From Felis catus (Eukaryota), in contig NC_058368.1 in NCBI RefSeq assembly GCF_018350175.1, positions 992,001 to 1,056,000 on the forward strand: a stretch of 64,000 bases of DNA, read 5' to 3'. The first letter of the stretch is position 1; every line of letters begins with the position of its first letter. Of the stretch, positions 37,306-52,516 are shown piece after piece. The translations under genes were made by a program, and so were the position numbers. The notes under the pieces were generated by a model that was given only the letters and a program-made list of their open reading frames with translations, was not told the origin of the DNA and ran no database searches.

Positions 37306-38640
37306 TGTGATGATTTAATGTATCGACGTTGCGGCCATAGGGTGCCCAGACATTTGGCTGAACATTATTCTGAATGCATCTTTAAGGGTGTTTCTAGATA
37401 AGATTGATATTTTGTTAGTTAATTAATTAATTAAGAGACACAGAGAGAGAGGGAGAGAGAGAATCCCAAGCAGACTCGGCACAGCTAGCATGGAGCCTGA
37501 CTCGGGGCTCAGACTCACAAACCATGAGATCATGACCTGAGCCCAAATCAAGGGTCAGTCGCTTAACCAACTGAACCACCCAGGTGCCCTGAGGTTGATA
37601 TTTGAAACAGTAGACTGAGTAAAGCAGGTTGCCCTCCTCAGTTGGGTGGGTCCCATGCAATCCATTGAAGGCCTGAATAGAATAAAAGGGCTGAGAGTAA
37701 GGGAGAATTTGATCCACCTGCCTATCTTCAGGCTGGGATATTGGTCTTCACCTGTCTGTGGACTAGGACTCTGGTTGGATCTCGCGTGATCGGCTCTTCC
37801 TGTTCTCCAGCTCTAGGATTTGGGCTAGACTCACACCATGGTCTCTTCTGCTTCTTAGGCCTTCAGACTTGGACTTAAACTATGTTATGGGGTCTCCTGC
37901 ATCGCCAGCTTGCCTCCTGCAGATCTCGGAACTTTTCCGCCTTGTTAAAATGAAACAACAGGTCCAAAGTGGAGTCATTTTTGCTAAGCCCCACAAGGTT
38001 TAAGACTTACATTTTCAGGTTCTCCCAGGAGTGGAGTTTTAAAACATTTTTTTAATGTTTATTTTTGAAAGAAAGAGAGAGACACAGTGCGAGCGGGAAG
38101 GGGTAGAGAGAGAGGGAGACAGAGAATCCAAAGCAGGCTCCAGGCTCTGAGCTGTCAGCACAGAGCCCGACACGGAGCTCGAACCCACAGACTATGAGAT
38201 CATGACCTGAGCCAAAGTCGGATGCCCAACCAACCGAGCCACCCAGGCGCCCCAGGGGCGGAGTTTTAAACCCATCAACCTGGAAGGTACTGATAGCATT
38301 AGTCAGGTAATCTGCATGACAAGACTCCCTGTTTTTCCCCCTAAAAGAAGGTAACCCTGCCCGAAACAATCTTTTCTTTTGCTAATTAATCTCCTTATCT
38401 CAGCCTGTTTCTGCCTATAAAATCCTGTCATTTTGTACATCTCCTTGGAGTTACCTTAGATTTGCTGGATGGGATGCTGCCCAACTTATGAGTCTTTAAA
38501 TAAAACCTATTAGATCTTTAAATTTTCTTTGAATTTTGTTTATTTAAACAGCCCTCACAGTCTCATAAGCCAATTCCTTAAAATCTTTCTCTTCATACGT
38601 TCCATTGCTTTTGTTTCTCCAGAGAACCCTGATTAATACA
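37306..38640 (+). mobile_element. MLT2-type ERVL 5' LTR, interrupted by SINEs and another solo LTR (37943-38550)
   Basis: gggtgcccagacatttggctgaacattattctg...caatccattgaaggcctgaatagaataaaag...agagaaccctgattaataca. Confidence 0.88.
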
Positions 38641-40090
38641 GATTTTGGTACGAAGAATGGTTCTAGAGGAACAGAATGTTAAGGGGGAGTTTTCTTTTTC
38701 CTTTTTTAACGTTTATTTGAGAGAAAGAGAGACAGAGCGTGAACAGGGGAGGGACAGGGAGAGAGGGAGACAGAATCTGAAGCAGGCTCCAGGCTCTGAG
38801 GTGTCAGCACAGAGTGGGACGCAGGGCTCGAACTCATGAACTGTGAGATCATGACCTGAGCCGAAGTCGGTCACTCAACCGACTGAGCCACCCAGGCGCC
38901 CCAAGGGAGAGTTTTCTGAATTGGTTCTGGGTTTTCTGAAAATGGCTCTCTTATCTAATTAGATATAAAGATGCTAATCACTAAAAAGAGCTTACTAACA
39001 GTTCACGGTGCGATCTGCCAATACAGATACACAAAATATCTCCATTGGATACTGTAACTAATCAATTGCTTATGAGAAGCAAGGAGGTAGGTGACTGTAT
39101 GATATCTTTGAGAATTTTTGAAAAACCAGTGAGTACAATGAGATTTGACTCGTTGCTCCTAATGTCACTGGACAAAGTAGTGAAGGAAAAGGATGAGTTC
39201 AGGGATTCACATCCCTACCTCAAGAGCTGTATAATAACCTGAAGACTCCTACACATGCCCTGAAGGAGACCCTTGTCTCTTGTAGCCACAGGGGTGAGAT
39301 TACTGAAATGTACAATCTCATCCTGTGACTGGATGAACTACATACAAGTCGAACCTCCAGCCTTGCAGTGTGTCTGCTGTTAAAGCAAGGTCACCGCTTG
39401 GGAAGAACAGGATACTGCAGGTTGGAATAAGGATGTGTGGGAAGACCTGATGAAGGCAGGGACAGGACGATGAGTCTTTTTCCACCCATGGAGACCTCAC
39501 ACACCCAGGGGAAGTAGGTTCCTCACCCACAGTGGAATTGGACTCTTCACTCCTTGTCTGAGAGAATTAAACCTGCATTGCCTGCGGAAACTGTAGCGGC
39601 TTCCCCGAGACAGCTGCCGTGTAAGCCAGTGCTGCTTCTCAGGACCCACCCCCAAGGCCACTCTTTGCTTCTAGACCCGTAACTGGACTCAAGTTCCAGC
39701 ACCTGGGGAGGTACAAAGCATGACTCCTGAGGAGGTGCACTGCACTCTAAAAGAACTCCCTGAGTTTTCTAATTTAAATAGACAGAAATCCGGGGGAAAG
39801 TGTGAGAATGGATACTAAGAGTGTGGGAAAATTGTGGAAAGAACATCAGGTTGGATCAGGCTTAATTTATTGATGTAGGCTCTAAGCAGAGATTCTGCAC
39901 TTAACGTTGCAGCTTGGGGAGTTAGAAAAGGCTCTGTTTTGTGGCTCGGCTCAAACATGGACCCAAAGGTGATCTATAGTGAGTGAGTTGGAAATACCAG
40001 CTCTGCCTTAGTTTAATGTAAAGGAGGGGATTCGAAGGCTTGGGGAGATCAGAATGTCCATCGGCAGATGAATGGATAAAGAAGATGTGG

Positions 40091-40130
<40 letters not shown>

Positions 40131-41635
40131 ATGGAGTATTACTCAGCAATCAAGGAGAATGAAATATTGCCATTTGCAACGATGTGGATGGGACTGGAGG
40201 GTATTATGCTAAGTGAAATTAGTCAGAGAAAGACAAAAATCATATGACTTCACTCATATGAGGACTTTAAGAGACAAAACAGATGAACATAAGGGAAGGG
40301 AAACAAAAATAATATAAAAACAGGGAGGGGGACAAAACAGAAGAGACTCATAAATATGGAGAACAAACAGAGGGTCACTGGATGGGTTGTGGGAGGGGGG
40401 ATGGGCTAAATGGGTAAGGGGCACTAAGGAATCTACTCCTGAAATCATTGTTGCACCATATGCTAACTAACTTGGATGTAAATTAAAAAATAAATACATT
40501 ATTAATAAAAACAACAACAAAGACTTAGGGAGAGTAGAATGTTAGAGTGAATTTGTCTATTAAGATTTACTCACCAACACTGGGAGGGCCCAGAAAACAT
40601 ACCTTTCACCTATACTATGATTTCACAATATATTTGTGGAGGGAGCTCTGGCATCCTCGAAGAGCTCTCTGATCACTTTTCTCTATTGGCCAGACCCTCC
40701 AGTGGGATCTGTAGTCATTGCATGGGGAAACTTAAATGCAATGGGAAATATTTGGATCCTGGGTGGGAGGGGCCAAGCGGTGGCATTCAGTTGCTAAGGG
40801 CAAGATGAACTTGTTTGCTGTAATGGGCTACAGAATCAAAGCAGCAGTCAGAATAGTCTAACTCATGTGGAGTTAGCAGACATATGGAATCGGCTAGCTG
40901 ATCATGATGTTCCTAAAAATTAGATAGAGAGAAAACCTACTAAATTCTTACTCGATATGTGTAATTGGAAAAATTTTAGGTCGATTGTAGAAAGTCTAAC
41001 CTGAATCATAAAATCAGAGAGTCATAGGCCCTAATCAATTCTCACACTTGAGCTAATTACAGACCCTAACCTCTTAAATAAGGGAGATGCCAGGTCCTTG
41101 TAAGGAAGGATCCTAGTACACCGCCAGAAATTTATACTGTTAATATTTCTCCCAGGCTTCACCAAGGGGACCTATAGCTTTTTACCAGAATAACTGTTTT
41201 GGGGACAAGGAAATAATCCGACCTTTCAGGGACTACTGGATACTGGCTCTGAATGGACACTAATCCTGAGAAAGCCAGTATGTCACTGTAGTCCATCAGC
41301 CAGAGCAGAGGCTTGTGGAAGTCAAATGACCAATGGACTTTTAGCTCAGGTCTGTGACACTGCGGACCCACTGGGTTCCCAAGCACATCTTATGTTTTAC
41401 CTCCAGTTCTGTAATACATAACTGGAATAACATACTTAGTAACTGGCTGAATCCCCTTACTGGTTCTCTGACCTGTGGAGTGAGAGCTATTTTGGTAGGA
41501 AAGAACAAGGGAGAGCTACTAGAATTGCCCCTATCTAGGAAAAAAATTATAAATCTAAAGTGATACTGCATTTCTATGAGAATTACAGGAATTAGTGACA
41601 TAATCAAGGACTTGAAAGATGCAGAAGGGGTGACT
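38641..41635 (+). mobile_element. ERVL internal region (gag to protease/5' pol remnant), 3'-truncated
   Basis: Begins gattttggtacgaagaatggttctagagga directly after the LTR; HERV-L-like gag (ttggatcaggcttaatttattgat...agcagagattctgcacttaacgttgcagct) and protease (ggactactggatactggctctga = GLLDTGS). Confidence 0.88.
40050..40519 (+). mobile_element. 5'-truncated felid L1 3' end inserted in ERVL gag
   Basis: L1 3'UTR with A-rich tail; degenerate TSD aaggcttggggaga / aagacttagggaga. Confidence 0.88.
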
Positions 41636-41694
41636 CCCTCTCCCCCTCCTCCCCCACTTTCATGCTCTCTTTCTCTAAAATAAAAAAATAAATA

Positions 41695-42810
41695 AAGATG
41701 AGCTAACACCAGTGCTTCTCAAACTCTTCCAAAAAATTGAAGAGGAGGAAACACTTCTTAATTTATTCACTCAATAAGACTACCATAACCTGGTAACATA
41801 GCCAAACAAAGACACTACAAGAAAAGAAAATAAAGACCATTATCTTTTATGACTATCGATGCAAAAATACTCAACAAAATACTGGCAAACTGAATTCAAC
41901 AACATATTGAAAGGAGTAATGAAATGACCAGCTAGGATTTTATCCCTGAAACTAAGAAGGGTTCAACATGTGAAAATCAATTAATGCCGTACATTCCATT
42001 AAGAGAATGAAGGGAAAAACAGCAATTCATTATCTCAAATGATGCAGAAAAAACATTTGATGAAGTTCAGCACTTTGTTATGATAAAAAAGCCCAATAAA
42101 TTAGGGATAGAAGGAGACTATCTCAACATAATAAAAGCCACTTGTGAAAAACCCACAGTTAACCTCATACTTAATGATGAAATATTCAAAAATTTCCCTC
42201 CCCAATCAGGAACAAGGCTTATAAACAAATTCAGGAAAGTAGTTGGATACAAAATCACACACAAAAATAATTTACGTTCCTATACACTAACAATTGACAA
42301 TCTAAAAAGGAAATTAAGAAACAATTTTATTTACAATAGCATCAACAAAAATACAATACTAAGGAATTAGGAATTAACTTAATCAAGGAGGTGAAAGAAT
42401 TTTATAGTGAAAACTATAAAACTTCACTGGCATTAATTAAAGAACACATCAGGAAATGAAAAGACATCCAATGTTCATGCATTTGAAGACAATACCATTA
42501 AGATGACTGTATCACCCAACGTGATTTACAGATTCAATACAATCCTCATCAAAACCCAATATTTTTGAAGAAATAGAAAAATCCATTTTAAATTCATATA
42601 TAATCTCAAGGGACCCCAAATAGCCATTACAATAGAAAAAGAAGAAAACTAGGGCATTCACACTTAATTGTTTTTAAAACTCACTTAAGATGAAAATAAT
42701 TAAAACAGTGTGGTACTGACATACAGACATAAACAAATGAAATAAAGTAGACAGCCCAAAAATAAACCCTTTCTTACATTGTCAAATGATTTATAAGGGT
42801 GCCAAGATGA
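41695..42810 (+). mobile_element. Old L1 ORF2 (RT region) fragment
   Basis: ttctcaaactcttccaaaaaattgaagaggag, gatgcaaaaatactcaacaaaatactggcaaac, KLGIEGDYLNIIKA. Confidence 0.9.
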
Positions 42811-42859
42811 TCCCAGTAATTTTTATTTTATTTTATTTGTTATTTTAGAGAGAGACAGA

Positions 42860-42900
<41 letters not shown>

Positions 42901-45900
42901 AAGGAGCAGGGCAGAGGGGCAGAGGGGGAGAGAGAGAGAGACAGAGAGAGACAGAGAGAGAGAGAGAGAGACAGAGAGAGAGAGAGAGAATCTTAAGCAG
43001 GCTCCATGCTCAGTGCAGAGCCTGATGAAGGGTTCGATCTTGAAACCCTGGGATCATTACCTAAGCTGAAATCAAGAGTTGGATGCTCAACCATCTGAGC
43101 CACCCAGGTGCCCCTATCCCAGTAATCTTTTGACAATTTTTTGTGGCTTAGAGTTCTTCCAAAATTGATTTTGGTGGTGAGGGAAGCCAGCATCCTATGA
43201 TAGTTCCCCATCTTAACAGAAACCCAAGTATGATTTGTTGTCTCTTTCCAGCTTCTTGGCATCAAGAAAGTACCAAGTTCAAGTGCAGGTATTTTCAGAT
43301 CAATCAAATGCTGATAATCTACCACACAACTTACTTGTCTCCATGTAGAGACATTCCTGGCTAACAAGATCCTATCTTTGTTAATTTTGTCAAGCATTGT
43401 AGTACCTTTCCATCGTACATCCTTTTTAAGGGAATGATGTCTCTGCTATTATGTGAAATCCATTCTACGACAAGTTTCTTTACCCTCCCCCCCGGTCCCT
43501 AAGTCATATTGTCTCCAGCTCAGCTATAAATAATGACAGTTAGATTGAGATTTTCCATCTCATTTCTCTGGGTGAGAGTCACTACTCCATAATCTGCAGC
43601 CACTTTGTCTGACATAGTATATAGAGTAACATCCCAGGAAGGGTTATCAAGTAATACACAAGTCTAGGCTATCTGTCCTAGCGTTCTGTTTTATTGAAAT
43701 AAAAAAAAAATGACTCTATTAGCAAACACCACTTAGCTATGTGAACTGCAAGAGTTTTAACCTCCCCATAACCCTTTTCAGCGTCTATGTTAGTAAGTAA
43801 AAAACATTATGAGGAGGGTTTCAAGAGTCTTTAAAATTCTAAGTATGATTTATACTTGTTATGTAGAATAAGGGCCTCTCTAGCAACAATAAGATTCTTG
43901 AAAGTTGTTTTCTTTTCTAGGCCTTTAATTAATTCTCCATGTCCAACATGTAAAGGATATAACATATGAAGAGAAGGACTTCTCTGTAACACTATTTTCT
44001 TTTCATGTATTTTAGAGTATGTGCACACATGTGTGTGCAGGAAAAGGAGGCAGGGGCCGAGGGAGAGAGAATCTCAAGCAGGCTCCACACTCAGCACAGG
44101 GGCCCAAAGCGGGGCTCCAAGTCACCACCGTGAGATCAAGACCTGAGACGAAATCAAGAATCAGATGCTTACCCAACTAAGCAACCCGGGCGCCCCTGAA
44201 ATGCTATTTTCTGAAGAGTAAACTACGTCATGAGGAGTTCTGTTTCAGACTTTTCCAGAATTAAAGGGTTGTGGTCTCTGTAATTTTTTCCATTAAAGAA
44301 CCTCATGGCATAGACCTTAGGAAGAACATTTTGAGGCTTTATAACATAAAATATTTTATTCTTGTCTGCTTTTTTAACCATGAATATTACTAATAATTAG
44401 AAGCTAATTTTTACAAATGAGGGATTTTTTAAGTCAGGAAAAGGTATACAATTTTTTTCAAAAGAAAAGGAAAAAACTATTTTTTATATTTTTAATGTTT
44501 TTATTTATTTTTGAGAGAGAGGGTGTGTGAGTTGGGGAGAGGCAGAGAGAGAAGGGGACAGAGGATCTGAATCAGCCTCTGGGCTGACAGCACAGAGCCC
44601 AATGTGGGGCTCAAACTCAGGAATCTGAGCCTAAGTCAGATGCTTAACGGACTGAGCCACCCATGTGCCCCCAAAGGAAAAAAACTTTGAAAGAATTGAT
44701 GAGTAATCAAGGAAGGGAGGTTTCCCTTCAGTTCCTTTCCTAGTATCTACTAATTGCTACAATTTCATAGATTTACTAAAATATTACAAGTGGGTTGGTG
44801 AATGTGTTATAGGAAGTAAATAGTAATTTTGGATTTTAGTTTTTATGGTATACTAGGTTATAAATGAACTAACTTAGAATTTGACACTCATTCAAAGATT
44901 ATTAACATTGTCAAGATTTTCTGATCTAAATAATTTTTCAACTGAGTCTTTTAATAAGGTGTAATATTTTCAATTAGTAGCTTTGGTAATATGAAATCTA
45001 AATAAATTTTCCAGTAAAGCAATCTCTTAAGACTGAAATCATATGTGGTTACAAATAACCTAAATTACTGTTCTACTTTGGAAAGAGAAAAAAAAGTACA
45101 TTTGGGAGAATTTTTCTTATAGATATTTAATTTAGTACATGAAATGTAATAGTTATCCAAAATTTGAAAAAAATATATATATTTGTGTAGAGTTCTAAAG
45201 TTAGAATGATAGATCACAGTATATGCTAATTTTAATTTTAATACTTATACTCATTTACTAACTTATACTACAACTTTTGATAGATGCGAGTAAATCTTTT
45301 CTCATACTTCATCAGTACGGGTTGTTTATAATTTTTTGTTGTTATTTAAGAAGTAAAAAATTATTAAGAAGTGATAAGTTGTAGAATTTTTGTTTCAGAT
45401 AATTACTGCAGTTAAATTTGTGATAGCAAAGAATTGGAAATGTCCTAAACATTAATCAATATACAAATAGTTACAAATTAGGGAATATACTTATTATGGA
45501 ATACCTACTCTTTGCCATGAAAAAGAATGACGTAGATCTATTTTTAATTATTTCCCCAAAACTTAATTTTTTTAAAATGTCTTACTTATTCTAAAGAGAG
45601 AGACAGACAGAGCAGGAGCAGGTGAGTGGCAGAGCAAGAGAGAATCGGAAGCAGGCTCCAGGCTCTGAGCTGTCAGCACAGAGCCCGACGCGGGGCTGGA
45701 ACTCAGGAACCGCGAGATCATGACCTGAGCCGAAGTCGGACACTTAACCGACTGAGCCACCCAGGTGCCCTGTTCCCCAAAACTTAAATGGTGTTTCTAT
45801 GTGCCAGAACAATGTGAAACACTTTACATGTATAGACTCTTCTAATTCTCATCACAACCCTATGTGATAAGCACTATACCTATCTCACAAATGAAGAACC

Positions 45901-46249
45901 AAGGTAGTACGTCATAGCAATACTATAGACTACTATGCAGCAATTAAAAAGAGGTAGGTGGGCCTATTTGTATTGATCTGGAGCAATATCTATAATGTAC
46001 TATTAATTGCAAAAGCCAAATGTGAGAGCAATATGAATAACATAATTCCATTGTATATTTTAAGAATATAAAGTTTTATATGGGGCGCCTGGGTGGCTCA
46101 GTCGGTTAAATGACTGTCTTCAGCCCAGATCATGATCTCACGGTCGGTGACTTTCGAACCCCGGGATGGGCTCTGTGCTGACAGCTCAGAGCTTGGAGCC
46201 TGCTTCGTATTCTGTCTCCCTCTCTCTGCCCTTCACACTCTCTCCTTCC

Positions 46250-46280
<31 letters not shown>

Positions 46281-48107
46281 AAAAATAAACAAACATTAAA
46301 AAAAGAAGAAGAAATAGAGTTCATCCTCAATGGTGAACCAAAATAGGGGCTAGACAATGTAGTAAACAGTCCTTTTCTTCCACCTAGTGATGGAGGGGTG
46401 ATTTATTAATCTACTCTGAAATTGGAAGCATTCACAGAAAACCTACCTCTGGTTTGCTTAAACAAACTCACTCAGGTTCTCCCAAACTTGCCGTTTATTA
46501 TATGGTCTGATATTTGCTACATTACAAATTGTTAATCACCGCACCACTTTCTTCCCATTCTTTACTTGCAGTACTAGCCTATAGGTGTTTTTTTCTCTGA
46601 AAACAACAACAAAATATTTTATTTTTTTAATGTTTATTTATATTTGAGAGAGAGAAAGAGAGAGAGAGTGTGTGCGTGTGAGGGGCAGAGAGAGAGGGAG
46701 ACACAGAATCCTAAGCAGGCTCCAGGCTCTGAGCTGTCAGCACAGAGCCGAACACAAGGCTTGAACTCAGGAACCACAAGATCATGACCCGAGCCAAAGT
46801 GGGATGCTTAACCGACTGAGCCACCCAGGTGCCCCAAAAGATTTTGTTTCTTAATTTTTTTTAATTTGTATTTATTTTTGAGAGAGAGAGAGACAGAGTG
46901 AGAGCAGGGGAGGAACAGAAAGAGAGAGGGAGACGCAGAATCTGAAGCAGGCTCCACATTCTTAAAAGTCTTTTACTGATCATCTTATTATATTTCTCTG
47001 CAACAAAACACAAAAATATGTGAATAAATAGTTGAAATTAAAAATTTTCTAGGCCCATAAAACTAAGTATTAAACATTTTGTATCAGTGAATATGAAATA
47101 AATTATGAAATAAATTGATAAATTTTTATCAATAAATTACTAAACCAACATGACGTATTATACATTTTTAAAAATGTTTATTTATTTTTGAGAGAATGTA
47201 GGCAGGGGAGGGGCAGAGAGAGAGGGTGACAGAGGATCCAAAGCAGGCTCTGTGCTGACAGCAGAGAGCTAGATATGGGACTCAGACTTATAAACTGTGA
47301 GATCATGACCTGAGCCGAAGTTGGATGCTCAACATACTGAGCCGCCCAAGTGCTCAATTTCAATTAACAATTACACATTTTTGATTAACAATTTTTGAAA
47401 AGTTGAATTTCATAAAAATATCTCAATTGCATAGAAAGGAATTTTAAAAGTAGCTCATGAATCTTTGGATGAATATAATTTTTGCTATAATGAGCCAGAT
47501 TCTATTTTCCCCCTTTTCAGTTTTATGGATGTAAATAATGAGAAAACTGGTTAACATAAATAAGTAGATTAAAGTAGGAGTAGGGGGAGAGGGGCGAATG
47601 GGTGATGGGCACTGAGGGGGGCACTTGTTGGGATGAGCTCTGTGTGTTGCATATAAGCAACAAATCATGGGAATCTACCCCCAAGACCAAGAGCTTACTG
47701 TGCACACTGTATGTTAGCCAATTTGACAATAAATTATGTTAAAAAATAATAAAATAAAATAGGTTATATAAAAAAGTAGGGGTTTCATTTAATGCAGTTT
47801 CTCAATTATTTTTAACTCTTTGGAAATTACCTGCTAAAAGCTATACATAGAAATCTGTGTTCATTTCCTAGGGCAGTTTTTTTTTTTAACTTTCTAAAAA
47901 AGTTTACTTATTTATTTTGAGTGTGTGAGAGAGAGAGAGCTCTGAAGGGACAGAGAGAGAGGGAAAGAGAAAGAGATTCCCAAGCAGGCTCTGTACCATC
48001 CACACAGAGCCTGATGTAGGGCTTGAACTCAAGAACTATGAGAGCATGACCTGAGCCGAAATCAAGAGTCAGTCACTTAACTGACGGAGCCATCCAGGCG
48101 CCCCTCC

Positions 48108-48565
48108 TAGGGCTGCTTTAATAAAGTGCTAAAACTTGAGTGGCTTAAAACAACACACAATTTTTTTATCTTATAGTTTTGGAGGCTAGAAATCTGAAAT
48201 CAAGTTGTTGGCTGAGCCAAGCTCTCTGCGGACTCTAGAGGAGAATCCTTCCCCGCCTCTTCCAGCTTCTGTGGTTTGCTGGTAACCCTCTGCATTCCTT
48301 GCCTTGTAGATGCATCATCCCAGTCAAGTGGCCCTCTTCTCTGTGTCTTCCCATTGCCTTTTCCTCTGTGTGTGCCTCTGTGCCCAAATTTCCCCTTTTG
48401 ACAAGGAGAGCAGTCTTATTGGATTAGGACTCACCCTTGTGAGCTTTTAAAAACTTGATTACCTCTGTAAAGGCCCTATTTCCAAATAAGGTCACATGTA
48501 AGATACTCGGGGTTAGGATTTCTGAACACTTAGGAGCAAGGGACAAAATTCAACTCAAAACACCA
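48108..48565 (-). mobile_element. MaLR MLT1B/C-type LTR
   Basis: gtggcttaaaacaac...ggaggctagaaatctgaaatcaag...ccctatttccaaataaggtcacat. Confidence 0.85.
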
Positions 48566-49654
48566 CCTGTTATCAAAAGTTATTTTAAGGACTTATCAGT
48601 TGACATCCCTAAGTTTTGTTGAAAATAAAGAATCTTTAAAAAGTTGTTACTCAGTCGTAAGAGCCATCAATTTACATTAAAACTTACACCAGTATTTCAA
48701 ATTGCCCTTTCGTTGGGCACCATGCCTGCCTTTTGTTTTCAAGTGGGAGAAGGTGGATGTGAAAGCACAGCTTTACCCTAAGGAGTTCTCAGGCGGGTCA
48801 ATTTTAGGAAAGAGTACTGCTGAACTTGAGGATGTGGAAACTGATCTGGTGAAGCTGTTTTTGCCCCTGTACTATTTGGAGAGTGTTTGTAAATCCCAGG
48901 GGTATGTGTACCCAAATATGAAGTTTCTGACTTAAAAGTGAAATAGCTCACCAGACTGAGTGGAAGTCAAGTTTTTACTAGTTTGAGGATATAGAACAAA
49001 GTCAGTGTCTATTAGAAGTTTCTGGAATGGTTGGGGAAGAATAAATCATCCAGGGTGCTTAGCATGCTGGCTGTGTAAAAAAATTTTTTTCATGTTTATT
49101 TACTTTTGAGAGGGTGGGGGTGGGTAGAGAGAGAGGGGACAGAATCTGAAGCAGGTTCCAGGCTCCGAGCTGGAGCCCGATGTGGGGCTCGGGCTCACAA
49201 ACCGTGAGATCGTGACCTGAGCCGAAGTCGGGGCCACCCAGGCGCCCCGACATGATGGCTGTTCGAGAGGAACCAGAGGGGAGTTGAGGGTGGATTAGTG
49301 GGCAGCACTGTGAAGTATTTATGGCCATTAAAAGAACTTTGGATTCTATATCCTTTGGGCAGCCTTGGAAGACACGGGTCTTTCTTTACTACTTCTCTTT
49401 TGAATATTTAAAAGCTCTTCTCTTCACCCTCATCTTTGGTCACTCTTTCCCTCCATCTATCACTCTGCATTCTGTGATCGTCCAGTTCCTAAGATGAGTT
49501 TAATTCTTGCCTTTCCTGCGATTTAGGACAATATTCCTTTGGTTATTCAAAATAGTCGTTCCTTTGGCAGATCTGTTTAAATGTTACTGCCTCAGAAAGA
49601 TCTTCCATATGACCATGAGTCTCCCCTGTTATTCTCTATAAAGAAGTTCTGTTT

Positions 49655-49826
49655 GCCAAAGCATAAGAGACTCTTCAAAACTGAGAACAAATTGAGGGTT
49701 AATGGGGGGTGGGAGGGAGGGGGGGGTAGGTGATGGGCATCTTTTGGGATGAGCACTGGGTGTTGTATGGAAACTAATTTGACAATAAATTTCACATAAT
49801 AAAAAAAATTTAATTTAATTTAAAAA
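49655..49826 (+). mobile_element. Very short 5'-truncated felid L1 3' end
   Basis: L1 terminal motif gatgagcactgggtgttgtatggaaac...tttgacaataaa; perfect 15-bp TSD aaagaagttctgttt. Confidence 0.9.
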
Positions 49827-50840
49827 AAAGAAGTTCTGTTTATTTCCTTCTTAGCACTCAAGTGTAATTATTTTATTTATTTTGCAGGTTCTGTGCTTGT
49901 TGTCTCCTTCTAGTCTAGGCTGTACATTCCATGAGGGTAGGGATTACATCTTATCCACTGTTCCATGCCCAGTACTTTTCATCGTCTCTGACATGACATA
50001 GACGCTCAATATTTATGGAATGAATGAACAAAGATCTTAATACAAGTTCCACGCTAAGCTAGTAACAATGACAACTTTTTATTACCACCACTAAACATTA
50101 CTTGATAAAACCTTTCTGTCACATCAAGTTTGATAACTCTAATGTTGATTACAATTCTTTTTTCCTTGTTACATTTAAAAAATGATGATCAGGCAGACAG
50201 CCTCTCCTTTGCTGACCTGACCTCTACTCCCTTGCAGTATATTCAATGAATTTCTATCTCCTTAAAAAAATAATAATAATAATTAGATCCAAAATTAGTT
50301 CCTTCCCACCAAAGATATAGTCTCAAAAGCATTTTCCACAAACTATTTTGTATCACATCACACAGTAAATAAGTATGTCTAGTGTTTTTATCTTCCTACC
50401 AATTATGAGTATGCGGTGTATCTCAAAGTGCCACTTTTTCATGGGTGGATCCGTAAACCCGATTTCTTACCCAAAATTTACTGGTAGAAGGAAGCTAAAG
50501 TGCAATTCTTTTTGTAGCTTCATATTAGTCTCTACTATATGCATCTCATCTTAAAGTCTCTTTACCCGTCTGACAAAAGCAAAATGAAGATGATGACCCT
50601 ATTTTCACAGGCAATTTTATTCCTCTGATCTCACCAGTTCCTTAGAGAAACTTTTCTTCATGTCTATGCCACACCATAAAAAAGTTACCGAGAGATAGTT
50701 TTGTGAGTGTTATAAATATTTTTAAACTTTGTGGAAAAGGGGGCACCTGGGTGGCTCAGTCTGTGGACCAGCTCTTGATTTTGGCTCAGGTTATGATCGT
50801 GGGGTTGTGAGGATTCTCTCTTTCTCTGTCCCTCTCCCGC

Positions 50841-50876
<36 letters not shown>

Positions 50877-50982
50877 CTCCCCTCACACATTCTCTCTCTC
50901 AAATAAGATTAAAACTTTTTTTTTTCCCTGTGGAAAAATAAAGTCATAAAATATTGGTATGTCAACATGTCGACCATGTAAA

Positions 50983-51870
50983 ACGAGATACCACTATACA
51001 TCTACGAGAACGGTAAAAATCCAAAACACAGATAACACCAAATGCTGTTGAAGATGTCCAACAACAGGAAGTCTCATTCATTACTGGTGGAAATGCCAAA
51101 TTCCAATTTGGAAGACTTTTGGCAATTTCTTATAAAATTGCACATACTCTTATAGTCATATCCAGCAATCTCACTTCTTGTGTTTATCCAAATGAATTGG
51201 AAACTGACGTCCACACAAAGACCTGAACATAGATGTTTATAGCAGCTGTATTCATAATTGCTAAACTTTGGGAGCAACCAAGATGTGCTTCAGTAAGTGA
51301 ATGGATAAATTGTGGTATATCTAGACAATGGAATATTATTCAGTGCTAAAAAGAAATGAGCTACCAAGCCAGAAGAAACGTGGAGAAACGTTAAGTTCTT
51401 ATTGCTAAGTAAAAGAAACCAATTACAGAAGGCTACATTAACATATGATTCCAATTATATGACATTCTGGAAAATGCAAAACTATGGACTAAGTAAAAAG
51501 GCCAGTGGTTGCCATGAGTTAGGGGGCAGGGAAGGATAAATAGATGGAGAACAGGGTATTTTCAGGGCAGTGAAACTATTCTAGATGATACTATAATGGT
51601 GGATACATGTCATGATACATTTAGCAAAACACATGGAATGTACAATACCAAGAGCGAACCGAACCAATGTAGTGATGTAGTCTATGGACTTTGAGTGAAT
51701 ACGATATATCAACGTAGGTTCATTCATTGTAACAAATGTACCACTATGGTGTGGAATGTTGTGAGCGGGGGAGGCTATGCAGGTGTGGGGACAGGAGGAA
51801 TATGGGAACTCTTTGTACTTTCTACTCAATTTTGCTATGAACCTAAAACTGCTTTAAAAAGAAAGGTGTT
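50983..51870 (+). mobile_element. Old L1MC 3' region
   Basis: gagataccactatacatctac...aaatgtaccact...atatgggaactctttgtactttctactcaattttgctatgaacctaaaactgct. Confidence 0.88.
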
Positions 51871-52516
51871 GAAAAAGATGTTAACAATAGTTATCTTTGG
51901 GTGCAAGGATTATTGGTAATTTTTTTTCCTTCACATTTTCAGGTTTTCCAAGTGTTTGGGTTTTTTTTTTTCCCCACTGTGGAGACAGGAAAAATATTTA
52001 AAAACATAAATACATAAATTCAAACTGTTAGACCTGCTTAATTTTAGGTTTTAACGTCTTAGAGAATAACTACGTAGCACACAAACTCAAAAAATAATAG
52101 TTGTTAATATGAGGAACCCATAATGGGCAAAATTAAACTTGAAATCATTATTTTCAGCTTATGATTTTATAAGATCAGATAACTGAGTTACAGGAAAGGA
52201 CCTCCATAGTCATCTAATATATATATTCTCTCTTAAAATTTGCTTCTATTTTCCAGTGAGTACCTCTAAAGCTTAGAAGGCACTTGGGTGGGCAAAACTG
52301 TCGGGGACATAAAATGAGGAACATGAGGGCTTCCCAGACTCCAGTGTGAACCAGGGAAGGAGGAGTGAAGAGCCATCTTTGCAAATAATATAGGGTAACC
52401 ATATTTTATTATTTCATAAAATAGCCATAGAAGCTGACATGAAAGGATGGAGTGTTCATAATAAGCTGGAAAAGTAAGAAAGGGTTGGTTGAAGGTATTG
52501 GGATCCCAGGGGATAA

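Noticed and set aside
38641..41635. Domesticated ERVL gag (Fv1-like restriction factor)
   Set aside because: No long ORF; interrupted by SINE and L1 insertions and many stops
42993..43397. 134-aa minus-strand ORF as an exon or retrogene
   Set aside because: The C-terminal third is SINE sequence and the rest resembles no protein I recognise
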